From: Raja brachyura
Taxonomy: Eukaryota
Length of the DNA: 64,000 bases
Direction: 5' to 3'
Assembly: GCA_963514005.1 (NCBI GenBank)
Contig: OY740802.1
Location: forward strand, 32,302,001 to 32,366,000
Every line of letters begins with the position of its first letter. Position 1 is the stretch's first letter. Positions 1-12,459 of this stretch are shown in pieces. Below the pieces are notes generated by a model, which saw nothing but the letters and a program-made list of their open reading frames with translations, made no database searches and had not been told where the DNA came from. The position numbers and the translations under genes are program-made.

Positions 1-500
1 GTTGTCTCTCTAGGGAGATGATGCTCGCACAGTGGTATTGGTTTGGTATACAGAACATTTCTGAAGTATTCAATGATGTATAACAGGAATCATAGTCAAT
101 AGATGAGTTAGAGACGAAAACATAAGCAGCATTGTCCTCCAAGAGTCGGTGCTTGGAAAACTGCTTTTCTCGATATTCACTACAGAGCTGATCTGGCCAT
201 TGATATTGAATACATTAGGCCAAAATATTTAATGACGGAAAAAGGGAGGGTGTAAATTGCACAAATAATCGTCAAATACAATTTAGTGCACTTGCGAGGA
301 AGGTGGCAAGAATACTTCAAATGAAAAAACAAACAAAAGGAGAAAAATTAACAGGATAAAATGTGTTGGAACATCACGGTTTAAATTAGGAAAGTGAAGT
401 GCGACATAAAAAAAAATCTTCAAGGTCACATTCTCCGAAAGTAACGTTGAGCACAAAATCAAAAGCACGAGGCATAATCTATTCAAACATCAGCTGGGCT
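1..500 (+). mobile_element. Highly decayed CR1-type LINE ORF2 (RT) fragment
   Basis: attgtcctccaagagtcggtgcttgg...ttctcgatattc resembles the GVPQGSVLGPLLFxIFINDL motif. Many indels and stops. Confidence 0.45.
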
Positions 501-649
501 GTGTTCACCACTCTCTGCAGGATTAGGTGATCGAAGGCAAAGTCACAGTGGCAGGATGAGCTGCATTTTGTCTGAATACTTTGAGGATTTAAGAGAATCC
601 TCATGGACATGCTGCATCTTCTGAGACGCTGAATACTAATCACACCTTC

Positions 650-1370
650 CCATTTCCGCCTTCCGCAGCGACTGGCCCCTCAACTCCTTGGTTCAATCGT
701 CCCTTCCCACCCAAATCACTGCCTCCTCAGGTATTTGCCCCTGCAACGCAGGGTGTAGGGTACATCCTCCCTCGACTACATCTAGGGACCCTGACAATCC
801 TTTCAGGCGAGAGAGCACCTCATCTAACCTCGTCCCCTGTATCTGGTGTTCCCAATGTGGCCTCCTGTACATCGGCGAGACCAAACGTGGACTCGCCCAC
901 CATTTCACTGAGCACTTCAGCTCAGTTCGCTGAGGCCTATGGGATCTCCCAGTTGGCAACCATTTCAACTGCCCTTCCCAATCTGGCCTTTGCCCTGGGC
1001 CTCCTCTATGGCCAGGGTGAGATCACACACAAATTGGAGAACAGGGCGGGGCAGGTTACAACTAATTTTCTAATTTTAAGTAACCAATTAAAACTCCCCT
1101 CCCTCCTTCCTCTACCCTATTAATATAACCAGTTCAACAGTTCACCTCTTTGTATCCCTCTCGAGATCACACCTTCGCAACCCTAGGCCTACCAGGCACC
1201 TCCTTGCCAGAGGTCCTTTGTTACCAGTCCTGATTGGTCCTGGTCTTTCCTTGCCTCCAGCTATTCAACTCCCCCTCTCTACTTTCAGTCAGATGAAGGG
1301 TTCCAACCCAAAATGTCACCCATTCTTTTTCTTTGGAGATGTTGCCTGTGCCGCTGAATTCTTTGTTTCT
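650..1370 (+). mobile_element. Penelope-like element 3' fragment (GIY-YIG endonuclease plus terminal repeat)
   Basis: ORF 688-933 contains CIWCSQCGLLYIGETKRGLAHHFTEH, the PLE GIY-YIG motif. It is followed by the terminal repeat with a decayed hammerhead core at about 1286-1320. Confidence 0.85.
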
Positions 1371-1707
1371 ACGTTATGTGATATGGATGCCAAGGAAAGC
1401 TGTCAACACCTCCACAGCAGCTCAGTTGATTAAAACAGGGTTGTACTAACCCCTTTGAACAAAGTTTAAACAAAGAGCTCATTCTGATTTCTGACAGGAA
1501 ATGAATACCATTCACTATTTTGCATCTTGTTAATTTTTTGCAGCAGCTCACTAGCACAGGTCGAGGTTCAAGGACATTACAATACTCAAAAGCATTATCT
1601 ATGAAGCTGGTCCAGTATTTCAAGTTTTTCTGATCCATCTTTTCCACAAAATTGTACTTTTCCAAGCCAGTCACGAAGCAAGAAAAAAAAAAAATCAGGA
1701 AAGCTAT

Positions 1708-1847
1708 TCCTCATCATTCTTCATCAGTCTGAAGGGTTTCAACCCGAACGTCACCCATTCCTTTTCTCCAGAGATGCTGCCACTGAGTTACTCCAGCATT
1801 TTGTGTCTCTTTGCTTTAAACCAGCATCTGCAGTTCTTTCCTACACG
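1708..1847 (+). mobile_element. Short PLE-terminal insert with 10-bp TSD
   Basis: cagtctgaagggtttcaacccgaacgtcacc...cagttctttcctacac, flanked by ggaaagctat at 1698-1707 and 1848-1857. Confidence 0.85.
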
Positions 1848-1869
1848 GGAAAGCTATCAAGTTGAGTTG

Positions 1870-2500
1870 CATAGAATGGTAACAGGCCCCACAGCTCACC
1901 AAATCTGTGATGACCACCTTGCCAGTCTATACTAATCCTCCTTTTCTGCATTAGTTCCATATCCCACCATGCCTTGCTCATTCAAATAATGCCCAGATGC
2001 CTTCTAAATGTTGTTACTGTTTCTTCCTCCACCACATTCTCAGGCAGCTCATTCCAAATACTGTGGGGGAAAATGTACCCCTCAAATCCCCTTTAAACCT
2101 TCTTCCCTTTAAAACTAGCCCCCTAATTTTAGTGACCCCTATCATGGGAAACAGACACTACCAGTCTGAAGAAAGGTCTCGACCCAAAACGTCACCCATT
2201 CCTTCTCTCCAGGGATGCTGCCTTTTCCGATGTACCCTATGTCTAGCTCAAATGTATACACCTCCATCGTGTCATATCTCAGCCTTCTTTGCTTAAAGTA
2301 AGACAGATACAGACAATCCAATCTCCTCTTGTCGCTCAAGCCATCCAATACAGGCAATGTCATTGTGAATTTGGTTGCATCTCCAAATTAAATCACATCT
2401 TGCCAGTAGTGTGGTGACCAGAACGGCACACAATATTCCAAGTGTAACCCAAGTAACATGTTGTATAACTGTAACATGCTGTTCTAACTCCTGTACTCAA
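1870..2500 (-). mobile_element. CR1/HER1 LINE 3' fragment, interrupted by a PLE-terminal insert (2161-2225)
   Basis: Reverse strand shows remnants of RPHLEYCVxFWSPxY and a HER1-type 3' UTR. Confidence 0.7.
2161..2225 (+). mobile_element. PLE-terminal fragment with hammerhead-like core
   Basis: cagtCTGAAGAaaggtctcgacccaAAAcgTCacc. The GAAA box carries a G>A change at a CpG. Confidence 0.8.
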
Positions 2501-3149
2501 TTGGCCTGGATACTGGAGAAGCGACAACCTTCACCACCGCTTTAAGAGAGCTACCCACAAAAATCTCAATGTTCTCTATTGCAACAGAATTACGTTTCAG
2601 GTCGTCAAGTGCTGTTAGTCATGCCATGTGCTCGAAAGAAACTGTAACTGTGATGTTGTCAAGACTAATAAGCAAACTACATTGAAGAATTCACACCTGA
2701 AGCAAGGCAAGAAGTAAAATGCACAATATCTTAGATATTTTAACATTCATACCAAGGATAAAATATGAATATTACACTAATTTGAATAAATAAAACGTTA
2801 ACATTTGTTGCATTTAGTAATCTTATGGGTTTAAAATGGGTACATACAAAATATGTTCTTCTGGGCCCAGAGCTTGCTGAACTGCAACTGTGGTTCAGTT
2901 TCAGAGGTTATGAAACAAAGAACCCAACTATCTTTGACCATGCTCACATTCCTCCCTCCAGCAACATTACCTTAAAATAGATTGATCATTCATCTTTCAA
3001 CAGTATCTAAGAAAACTGTGCAGACAGACTGTCAAATTAGTATTTATGTGGGAATCGTAGGAAAAGGCCAGTCAGCCCATGTGCTTATTTCGCCATCCAA
3101 TACAATCGTAACCTTTCACTTCAGTGGTACGTTCCTGTACAACCCTTAA

Positions 3150-3435
3150 CAGTAGAGTTGTTGCCTTACAGTGCCAGCAACCTGGGTTTGATCCTAACTT
3201 CGGGTGCTGTCTGTACGGAGTTTGTACGTTCTCCCCGTGACCATGTGGATTTTTCTGGGTGCTCCAGTTTCCTCGCGCAATCAAAAGATGTACAGGTTTG
3301 TAGGTTAAATGGCTCCAGTAAAATTGTAAATTGTCCCTAGTCTGTAGGATAGTGCTAGTGTACAGGGGAGGCTGCTGGTTGACACTGACTCAGTGAGCCG
3401 AAGGGCCCGTTTCCAAGCTGTATCTCTAAAGTAAG
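3150..3435 (+). mobile_element. HE1-type tRNA-derived V-SINE
   Basis: B-box-like gggtttgatcc, V-domain (gtttgtacgttctccccgtg...gtttcctc), and HER1-type tail gaagggcccgtttcc...tgtatctctaaa. Confidence 0.85.
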
Positions 3436-3806
3436 TCAAATCACTTCCTTCCAGATTAACAAATTCATTGAATGTTAGGCCACTAATCCTGGTTTTGAAC
3501 ATGTCGGCCAGGAGAAAGCATCAACTCTGCATGCAGCTTGTCAAGATCCAGAGGAAATTTGTACATTTCAGTGTGATAATCTTTCCCTCAAAAGGATGAC
3601 AGTACCCTTCTACTCAAGTCCCTCCTCATCAATTCCTGGTTTAGGTTTGTTTTTCCCCTCCTCAATTAGTTGGCCTTCACTGCATTCTTTCTATCCCGAG
3701 AACATACTGACTTAAGAGAACAGACCAGCAAACAATATTCCAGATATAATCTGGTGCCCAATGTGATCAGCACAGGAGATCTCTATTTAAAGGTCTAGAT
3801 ATATTT

Positions 3807-5126
3807 GTGTCTTTTTACAAAACTGGAACGATTTTGAGGAACAAGATTATTATTCAGTTTTTTACACCAATACACTGTTCTTAACAAAAATCTACCCATA
3901 ACTTTAAGACCAAAAGCCAAAAACTTTTTTCATGACAGACAAATCTTCATCGTATTACCACCAATTTTGGACACCAAAAATGTGACATTTAAAAACTCTG
4001 CCACATTTGATCATAAATATTTTGAGGAACAAGATTAACTTAAGGGACAAAATAAACTTCATGCGGCCCTCATAAATATACGTTTTGATAATGATCCAGG
4101 AAAATATCTTCATCAGTACCAGGAGAAAAATACAGTAACATAAGATAATACAGTACAGTAAAGATCTCGTAACGGTCGTTGAGCTTGGTGTCCATTGTCA
4201 CGACGACTGTTATCGCGGTCGGTACCTCCGTAGGTTAAATCACAGAGGCTCCAAACCTCTACTGCTTTTCAAAAATCCAACGACATATCCTATTGTAGTA
4301 GCGATTTTTGGGTGAGTTAATTATTTTTTCTTATTTTCCAATTTAATATATCAAAACATTGTGGTGTCAAAAACGCAACGACCGTTTACGATATATTTTC
4401 TGACTTTTTAAAATCAATTAAAAAATGTTGGACAGAAATCGGTCATCAAAACTAAGAAACTGAGCCAATCTTCAATTTGACAACACGCTGTCTCTTGTTT
4501 ACCTTTCATACGGACCAAGTCACTAACTTCATTCCATAATGTCAACTTCGGGAAGCTTCGCAACGACTGTTACGGAGCCATTTTACTTACTGAAAAATCA
4601 GCCCAAATCAAACATGCCGACGAATCATCGGCCTTCGATATAGGTCAAATCCATAAGATAATGTACCGTTTACATCGTAATGGTGAAAATGTTTGGTTTT
4701 CGCTAATAATGTAACGTTCGTTTTCTGGGACACCAAACCTTTTAGTGTCCACTGCAACGTACATTTGTGTGTATGATGTGTAACGCGCGTTGCCATGTCC
4801 ACTCGGATGGATGCAGTATTCTACTACATGATCAGGTGAATGAAGTGGAAACGGTGTTTGCAATTTTATTGTTCCATGTGGTACTCATAAACATAGAAAG
4901 GAATAAGAAATACGGACACCACGTGACAACCGTCACATTAAATGTATTTGTGTATTCTGATGCCGTTTTCGGAAACTTATCAATATGCATGCTATCTTTT
5001 CTTATATTTTTTGTTAATACTATGTTAGTCACGAACCCAATAAAGTGCTTGACAACTTTGTTGAAGAAATTTTTAATTTGACCCCCTTCGTCACATTTTT
5101 TTGTGTGCAGTATTGTAAAAAGACAC
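3807..5126. mobile_element. Non-autonomous DNA transposon, Sola1-like
   Basis: 19-bp terminal inverted repeats (TIRs) gtgtctttttacaa(a/t)actg match at 18/19. ATTT flanks both ends. Internal repeated motifs ggacacca and caacgacYgttacg. CpG-rich, no ORF. Confidence 0.65.
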
Positions 5127-5199
5127 ATTTGCTTTCCTAACCAGAGCCAGCATGATCTTCCTCGCAGATTTTTGCTATAGACCCAGAGTTGCGCAGTGA

Positions 5200-5850
5200 T
5201 GCAACAAGCCCTTTGAGCCACTATGTCCATGCCAGTCACCTTGACCAGATGCACTAATCCCATTTTCCCACATTAGGTTCATATAAATGAATGAACGAAT
5301 ACGCTTCACTCTCTTCCTTGTCTATTCATACATCTTCCTCAATATCCCTTAAACATTAAGATTATATTCTCTGGTAGCAAGTTCCAGATAAAAAGAATGT
5401 CCCCATAAAATTCCCTTCCTCTTACTTTAAACCAATATCATTTTGTTTTTAATTACCTCACTATTTACCGATCAATGCCTCTTACAATTTTATATACCTC
5501 CCCCAGGTCACCCTCAATCCCCAACACACCAGGAAAAACAAGTTCAATCTATCCAATCTCTCCCCACAAGTCATTCAATCCAGACCAGATCTCGATGAAT
5601 CTCCTTTCCACTCTCTCCAGCACAATCACAATCTTCTTAGTGGGTTGCAACCAGGACTGCACAAAATACTCCCAAATGTGATCCAAACAATATTTTGTAA
5701 AGTTGCAACATATCATCTCAACTTCTGTAACACACTCTAAAGTTACTCTGTTCATCAACATTCCTTTGTGCCCAACCATTTACTGCATTTACTATCTCCA
5801 TTCAACTTCCTAAAATACATGATCTCTTACTCAACCAAAGTGATTTCACA
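5200..5850 (-). mobile_element. CR1/HER1 LINE 3' fragment
   Basis: ORF 5549-5779 reads LDHIWEYFVQSW...LERVERRF, a decayed RPHLEYCVQFWSP...LERVQRRF. Confidence 0.75.
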
Positions 5851-6794
5851 TTTTATAAACATTTCACCATTGTTGTCTTCAAACTTTCTAAATTTCCCCT
5901 CAATAGATCACATAAAAGATACCGCTAAATGAATTGTGGTGATTACTCTGTTCTGCATTCATAGAGGAACCAATGGACATTTCAGATGTAGATACAAAGC
6001 TGGTTGAACAAAATAACAAATCAAATTTTGAAATATCAATTTCATAAAAAGTTGCTGAATCAACTCATGAATAAAGTTCAGGAGTTTCAAGTGAGGTTTG
6101 AGGCGTGTAGACATCATGTGTAACATTATGGGGAGTGGTTGCCAAGAAGGAGAAAGGAGGGAAAATGCTTCGTCCTTTATGCCAATCGGGAGAGAATTAC
6201 ACAATTTAGAGGCAAGTGGCTGCATATTTACAAGGGAGAAGCCCAGGGTAAGTACTCCATGGCAAATAATAATTCAATACAGAGAAATGAAATTTTGGAA
6301 ATAGTAATGAAAGATCACATCACTGTGCTCCCATTTCCTGGTTCGCAAAGTGGGTAACTTGGATCAAGAGAATGCAGCGATTGCCTGTTTGCAATTCGCA
6401 AAGCGCTTTACAAAAGATTAATGCATCATTCCAGGCAAACTTCCAACCGTACTCAATATATACAATTACAACTTGTGCCAACGACGACATACTTTAGGAA
6501 TCTGACAAAGATCCAGTGATTTAACATGTCAAGATGGAAAAAATCACCCATCAATCTAATCCATATTCATTACATGCCATTACTCAAACTACCCTTCCCT
6601 ACCACCCATACATATCGAATACAGGTCCTGCTGATGTGTAACACATGACTGAAAAAGCCTTGCTTAAAGCCAACTTTAGTCATTTATATGAAATATTTGA
6701 GCCTCTTAATACAGCACAAGGAGGCCATAAATGGGGTAAGTGCATATCCTTCTAATTTACAAATATACAACTTTATTTCTTTGCTTCTTTGCAA

Positions 6795-7235
6795 AACAAC
6801 AATTGTGATTTGCACTTAATTTGCATTTTTCAGGGTTTCCCAAAACCACAAACAATGAGTACATTTCCAAAACATGTCATTGTTGTAATGTAGAAAAAAC
6901 TGCTACCATATGATCACAAGACTTAGGAGCAGAATTCGGCCAAGCGGCCATTCCGCCATTTGACAACCATGTTGTCGGCAAGCACCCACAAGCAGCAACA
7001 TGCTAACCATAGAAAAATCAGTTCAAGAAATACACAAGCGATAATTCTACTGCTCTCCCAAGGAAGATGCTACTGGGTTTTTTTTAAGTCTGTTGTGAGA
7101 ATAGAGGCTTTGGGTAAGCATCGCAAATGAAAAAATAGGTACCTCTGGAAGCATAGTACACTATGATGACCTTTAAATTTAGGCCTTAAGTATCAGAGCC
7201 TACAAAAGGTGAAAGTGCTACTGGATGGGTCATGC
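6795..7235 (-). mobile_element. Ancient DeuSINE (SacSINE1/AmnSINE1-like) relic containing a small CR1-tail insert
   Basis: gtcattgttgtaatgtagaaaa...cccacaagcagcaa...ctgctctc...gtacctctggaagc resembles the reverse complement of the Deu domain. Confidence 0.5.
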
Positions 7236-7371
7236 TGAAATACATGTAGGGCTCATCCAAGTTGGTGACCAGAACTATTTGGATCCATATATTCTTTCTC
7301 GGACTTGCAAACATTTACACAACTACGTAAACAGGAAAATATCTTGCTGTATTTACAGTTCAATTTAAACT

Positions 7372-7660
7372 TTTAGTTTAAGGCTAAAGGTACAACATTG
7401 AAACTGAGCCTTCGGCCCTCGAGTCCAGCCAATTACTGATCACCCGTTCACACTAGTTCTATGTTATCCCACTTCACACCCACTCCCCACACACTTGGAG
7501 CAATTTACAAAGGCCAATTAATCTACAGACCCACATGTCTTTTGGGATGTGGGAAGAGACCAGAGCACCTGGAGGAAATCTACACAGTCACAGGAAGAAT
7601 GTGCAAACTCCACACAGACAGCATCTGAGATCAACATATCATGTTGAGAGGCAGCAGCAG
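7372..7660 (-). mobile_element. HE1-type V-SINE (diverged)
   Basis: Reverse-complement tail and V-domain (caaactccacacagacagca). Confidence 0.8.
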
Positions 7661-9193
7661 CAGAGTTAGAATTTTGATCCACTTCTGTCGCAGACTGTGT
7701 ACATCAAAATGTAGTAATTTGCAATGTATGCAATTATTGAAGCTTGGCACAATGAACAAGACCAACATTGTAATCCTGAACAAGCATAAATGAATTAGAA
7801 AACAGCTTCAGATTGCTGCTCTTCAAGGTGGAATGGGAATAGAGGCAATGCTAATCAAACTTTCAAGCAGCTGTTTGGTACCTGTAAAGACACATCATTT
7901 ACTGATGGAGCAGTATTGCCACTGAAAGTCGAGGCAATGTTTCAAAACTCTTCAACAGGCCACCAAATGACAAACCTTGTAGAGGCAGTTGTCCGGTCAC
8001 AGCTAGGTTGACGTGCCATGGTCAGGGTCATAGCAGCAGGACTTGCCAGTTGGCTCGTGTGCTAATCAATCTTCTCAGCATCTCTTTTTCAGCATCTCAT
8101 CCAGAAAACCTACTGCAGCTTTCAGTATGAACTATATTTGCATAAATCCAAATCAACACCCCCCCCCCCCCCCCCCCCCAAATCTAATTATTATAACTCC
8201 ACTAGCAAATCACCAAGTCTTGTATTTAAATATCTTATGGCTCTAAGTTTTATATCCTCTTATTTTCATCCCAACAATCTTGCTGAAAGCTTGTTGAATG
8301 TTTCCCTCAAATCTCATTTTGGATCGCTTCACAATCAATTCAGTCCTATTTAAACAATTTGTAATCATTTCACCATTATGAATATAATGTCTTCTTCAAA
8401 GTTATTCCAAAAGCAATTTAACTAAAAAGAGAAAGTGTTGAAAATGTGAATAGTTTTCACATGTTAGTTACAGAAATATGAAATTGAGTTATCAACTGAA
8501 GGTGTGATACAAGTATGAAGAATGTGATGGAACAAATTAGATAGCCTATGCAACCAGATCACATTGGAGCAATCTGGAGAGGGCAGAAAGATTAGAAGAA
8601 AGCTGTTTATGCATTTCAAAAGTTTGATTGTTATATCTTGACACAAGACACAAACTCAGTAGCTGGCAAGGCATAAAAACAGATAGGAGAACAGAACACA
8701 CCCCAGAAACTGATGTTTATCTATTGAAAACAATCTAAAATATGCCAATTAACCGTCAATGTAAGAACAAACCTACAGCATTCTTGAAATGTATAATTTC
8801 TACACATGTTGAAAATCTTATATACTTAAGTCTGTGTGTGTGGCTGGTTCTGCGTCGGGCTCTTTCTCTCTGTCTGTGTGTCTGTGTCAATGGCTGCACG
8901 CTGTGTTCATACGAGTGACGTCGCCCGGCCATGCCGCTCACGCCCAGCCCGGGTATTCACAAATCTGAAAGACTTTGGAAAAAAAAAACCCCCGTCTATT
9001 TGCTCACACTGCGAGTGACGTCACCCCCCGACCACTCTCCCCGTTCTCGGGCCCTGCCTGGAGCCTGCAGCGAGGGAGCCGGCAGCGAGGGAGTATTGCG
9101 TTCTGGAACCAGCCCTCCCCTATGATGTCGCGCCCCCCTCCACACCCCTAAAACTCTACCTCCTCCCTCATTGCCCCCCTCATGCTCTCTCTG

Positions 9194-9331
9194 GGGTGGG
9201 AGATTGCATTTGTTGAAACGGGGTGGACCACGTGAAGGTTGCAATCAACCTGGCGTGCACAAACAGAAGATCAAACAGAACAAATTGTATTACAACTTTA
9301 GGCTGTGCACGCCATACGCAAATAGAAGAAG
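9194..9331 (+). mobile_element. 5'-truncated LINE/SINE 3' end with (GAA)n tail, nested in the Helitron-like element
   Basis: Ends in agaagaag. Flanked by atgctctctctg and atgctgcctctctg. 11-bp inverted repeat tggcgtgcaca/tgtgcacgcca. Confidence 0.45.
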
Positions 9332-9594
9332 ATGCTGCCTCTCTGCCCCCCATGCCGCCCGTGGAGGCAACGGGTAGGGGACGGGTGCGTTTTGCAGCCG
9401 GGAGCTAGGGAGTATTGCGTTCGGGAACCAGCCCTCCCCTGTGATGACGCACCCCCCCACCCCACAAACTCTACCCCCCTCCCTCTTTGCCCCCCTCACG
9501 TTCCATCTCTGTGCCTCTGTGTCCCTCTCTCTCTATCCTATCCCTCTCTAGCCACGCCTGTGAGTTGAGGGCTATGCGTGAGTGGATAGGGTGT

Positions 9595-9723
9595 NNNNNN
9601 NNNNNNNNNNNNNNNNNNNNNNNNNNNNNNNNNNNNNNNNNNNNNNNNNNNNNNNNNNNNNNNNNNNNNNNNNNNNNNNNNNNNNNNNNNNNNNNNNNNN
9701 NNNNNNNNNNNNNNNNNNNNNNN
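9595..9723. other. Assembly gap (N run)
   Basis: 129 N. Confidence 0.99.
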
Positions 9724-9800
9724 TGGCCGCAGGCCGCGCGCTGAGGGGACAGGACCCAATGGGTCCCACTTGGTCTTGTAAACTTTAAAATTTGCACAGT

Positions 9801-10096
9801 GTTTAGAGATACAGCGTGAAAACAGGCCCTTTAGCCCACTGAGTCCTCGCCATCCAGCAATTATCCATGCACTAGCTTTATGTTATCGCACTTTTGCATC
9901 CGACACACTAGGAGCAATTTACATAAGCCAATTAACCTACAAACCTGCATGTCTTTGGAATGTGGTAGGAAACTGCAACTCCGAGAAATCCCATGCAGTC
10001 GCAGGGAGACCATACAAACTCCACACTGATAGCACCTGGAGTCAGGATCAAACCCGGGTGGCAGGCACGGAGAGGCAGCAGCTCTATTACTGTGCC
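9801..10096 (-). mobile_element. HE1-type V-SINE
   Basis: gtttagagatacagcgtgaaaacaggccc tail, V-domain and tRNA-like head on the reverse strand. Confidence 0.85.
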
Positions 10097-10800
10097 TTCC
10101 TTAAGTAATTAAACAAAATCTCGGCGGGCTAAAAATACTTCAGATTTACCATACCACGTGGTATTTCATTCATCAGCTTAAGACTTTATAATTTCACCAT
10201 GAAAACAAATAAGATTTTTCTTTAATGAATCTCAGAAGAATGGTCTTCAATGATTCTCCATATTTAACCTGTGCAAAGATAACATGGATCATTAACTTAA
10301 AATTAAACGCAAATAATTTTAGATTCACTGTGTAACTTGTATATTTTGGGTAGGAATACAAAGAGACTGAAGTTTCATAGGCATGTAATTGCACACAATG
10401 AAGTTAAAGCATAGTAAAAGGCCTCTCACTATACTGCGATTATCCATTCCAGTACTCCAACTGCAAGGTTCAGCTTTCCCCATACCAAGCACTTGTTAAA
10501 CCGTGACATATTCAAAACTTACTGTATTTTTCTTCTAAAATTGCAAAATTGAATGTCAATTGTAATGTCCTTGGAGGACAAAGAACATGATTACTTTTTG
10601 CTTTTGCAGCAAGATACAAGTTGCAAGTTCTTTGCATTGTCATGACAATAAAACATTTTTGGGGGTTAGTGTGGTGGCTGCCAAGATTGAGGCAATGATA
10701 TACATTTTTTTGACTGCATTTGAATAATTGTCCAAGAGTACCGAACATCTACATCAATGAATGAGATGGCTTAAAAAAAAAGATTAAAACCTTCACAAAA

Positions 10801-10911
10801 CATAGACACAAAAAGCTGGAGTAACTCAGCAGGACAGGCAGAATCTCTGGAGAGAAGAAATGGGTGCCGTTGCGTTAAACCAGCATCTGCAGGTCCTTCC
10901 TGCACATACAG
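10801..10911. mobile_element. PLE-terminal insert with internal inversion and 11-bp TSD
   Basis: Minus-strand segment joined to a plus-strand 3' end. ccttcacaaaa at 10790-10800 and 10912-10922. Confidence 0.8.
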
Positions 10912-12459
10912 CCTTCACAAAATTAGCTTCAAGATCCTTGCTATCCCCATCTAATGCGTTTACAGTCTTGTCCCACCCCAAATTAGATTCCTTGATAATC
11001 TTCGTCACTTCTTGTATTTTTTACCATTTTTTGTTCCCTCTTTTTGCTCAATAATTGGCTGCCACTATCATCCACGAAAACTCTGCATTGAACTCCTCAT
11101 TGATCTGGGAGGGGATCTGGTACTTTGACTCCGGGTATAAAGTTGTCCTTGACTAACAAACATTTACCAACCGACATTTTTTAAATCTCTCATGTCTCAA
11201 TATGCTCTCTTTTGGGAAAACTGTGTTTCATATTGACTCCATCTTTTCTGAAATAGTATTTCCTAAAATGTTTCAACTGGACAAAAGTTCCCTACACTGT
11301 GCTTCAGCAAATGTCCATTTATGATAACTACATTATTTAATATTTTAAACATTCAAGTTAATTAATTCCTACAACTTTAGCACTGTAACTATTCCCTTGA
11401 GAAGGTCCAAAAATCATCGCAGATGTCCATCAAAAATATTTTTGCAAGTTTATTTTTCCAACTTATTTGGATTTTAATGCATGTTGCAGTATTAACATGT
11501 ATCTAAATCTCAGCATGTTAGCATTTTTGCTGTTTTAATGACCCAGCAATGAAGAATGGCAGCAATTCCTTCCAAGTCGGGGATGTTTTCACTCGATTTA
11601 TGCATTTGTTTCTTGCACCAAGACACATATCTGAACATCAAGCCACAATTTTAATTTTGCAGTACTCAATCGTGAATTGGAAGTCTCTAATATTGTGGAT
11701 AAGGTCTGTGGGCAAGCTTCTCCCTGAAGGGATTTCTGTGTTGTAGAAAAGGAGTGATTATGCTGCCTGAGAAGCATATTTTTGTACAAACTTTTAATTA
11801 GGCCCATATTTTAAAATCATCATCATTTAACGAGAGAACATAAATTCTATTTGGCCCATCAAGTCCATGCTGGCTCATACAAGAGTAACCCCTTCAGTCC
11901 CATTTCCCCAGAGATCTGCAAAACATTCTCTCTCAAATTGCCATCTAATCCCCTTTAAAAATCACTGATCAAATCCTGCAAATATTTTATGCACATTATA
12001 GGACCTTAATTCTTTCCCAAAGATAGACAAATGAAATTGGGTGCAACAATACTGTTTTGATCTAACCAGTGTTTTCTCAAGATTCAACACAACTTCCCTA
12101 CATATGTACTACTTTTACACGTATTATTGTATTCTTCTACTATAATAAAACAATAAGTTGTGTGTGGTCCCTCACTCAGGCAATGGAGGTGGATAGAAAG
12201 TTGGCCACTGTGCTACAAGACAACCAGTGTTATAACAGCCAGCTAAACAGGGTGTATAGTAGCTCAGAGTAGCCAAAATATTCTCCAATACATAAGCAAA
12301 ATCTTCATCCTGAATAATGTGCAGAATGATCGCTTTTGCATGGAAACAAACTGTTCATTCATTTTCCTCTTGTTGAATTTCACACAAACTGAGGCCAAAC
12401 ATGCTCAAAGCTCTTTAGTCAGTGATGCCTTTAAATCACCTAATAGCTAAAGTTAAACT

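Larger units (their letters stand above)
8816..9778 (+). mobile_element. Non-autonomous Helitron-like element
   Basis: A|TC 5' end (a|tcttatatac). 3' hairpin ggaccc-aat-gggtcc at 9752-9766, followed 8 nt later by CTTG|T (a CTRR variant). No TSD. Internal direct repeat of about 95 bp (about 9078-9170 and 9397-9490). Confidence 0.6.

Noticed and set aside
2594-2696. Minus-strand coding exon (strong acceptor, gtaatt donor)
   Set aside because: Stops in all three frames. It could only be non-coding or terminal, and nothing else supports it.
4168-4935. CRISPR-like array
   Set aside because: The motifs are degenerate, irregularly spaced and in both orientations, inside a TIR element in a vertebrate genome.
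9471-9797. ORFs spanning the first N run
   Set aside because: Open only because of the assembly gap.
10151-10164. 14-bp palindrome ataccacgtggtat containing an E-box
   Set aside because: A palindrome of this length is expected by chance in 64 kb, and there is no supporting context.
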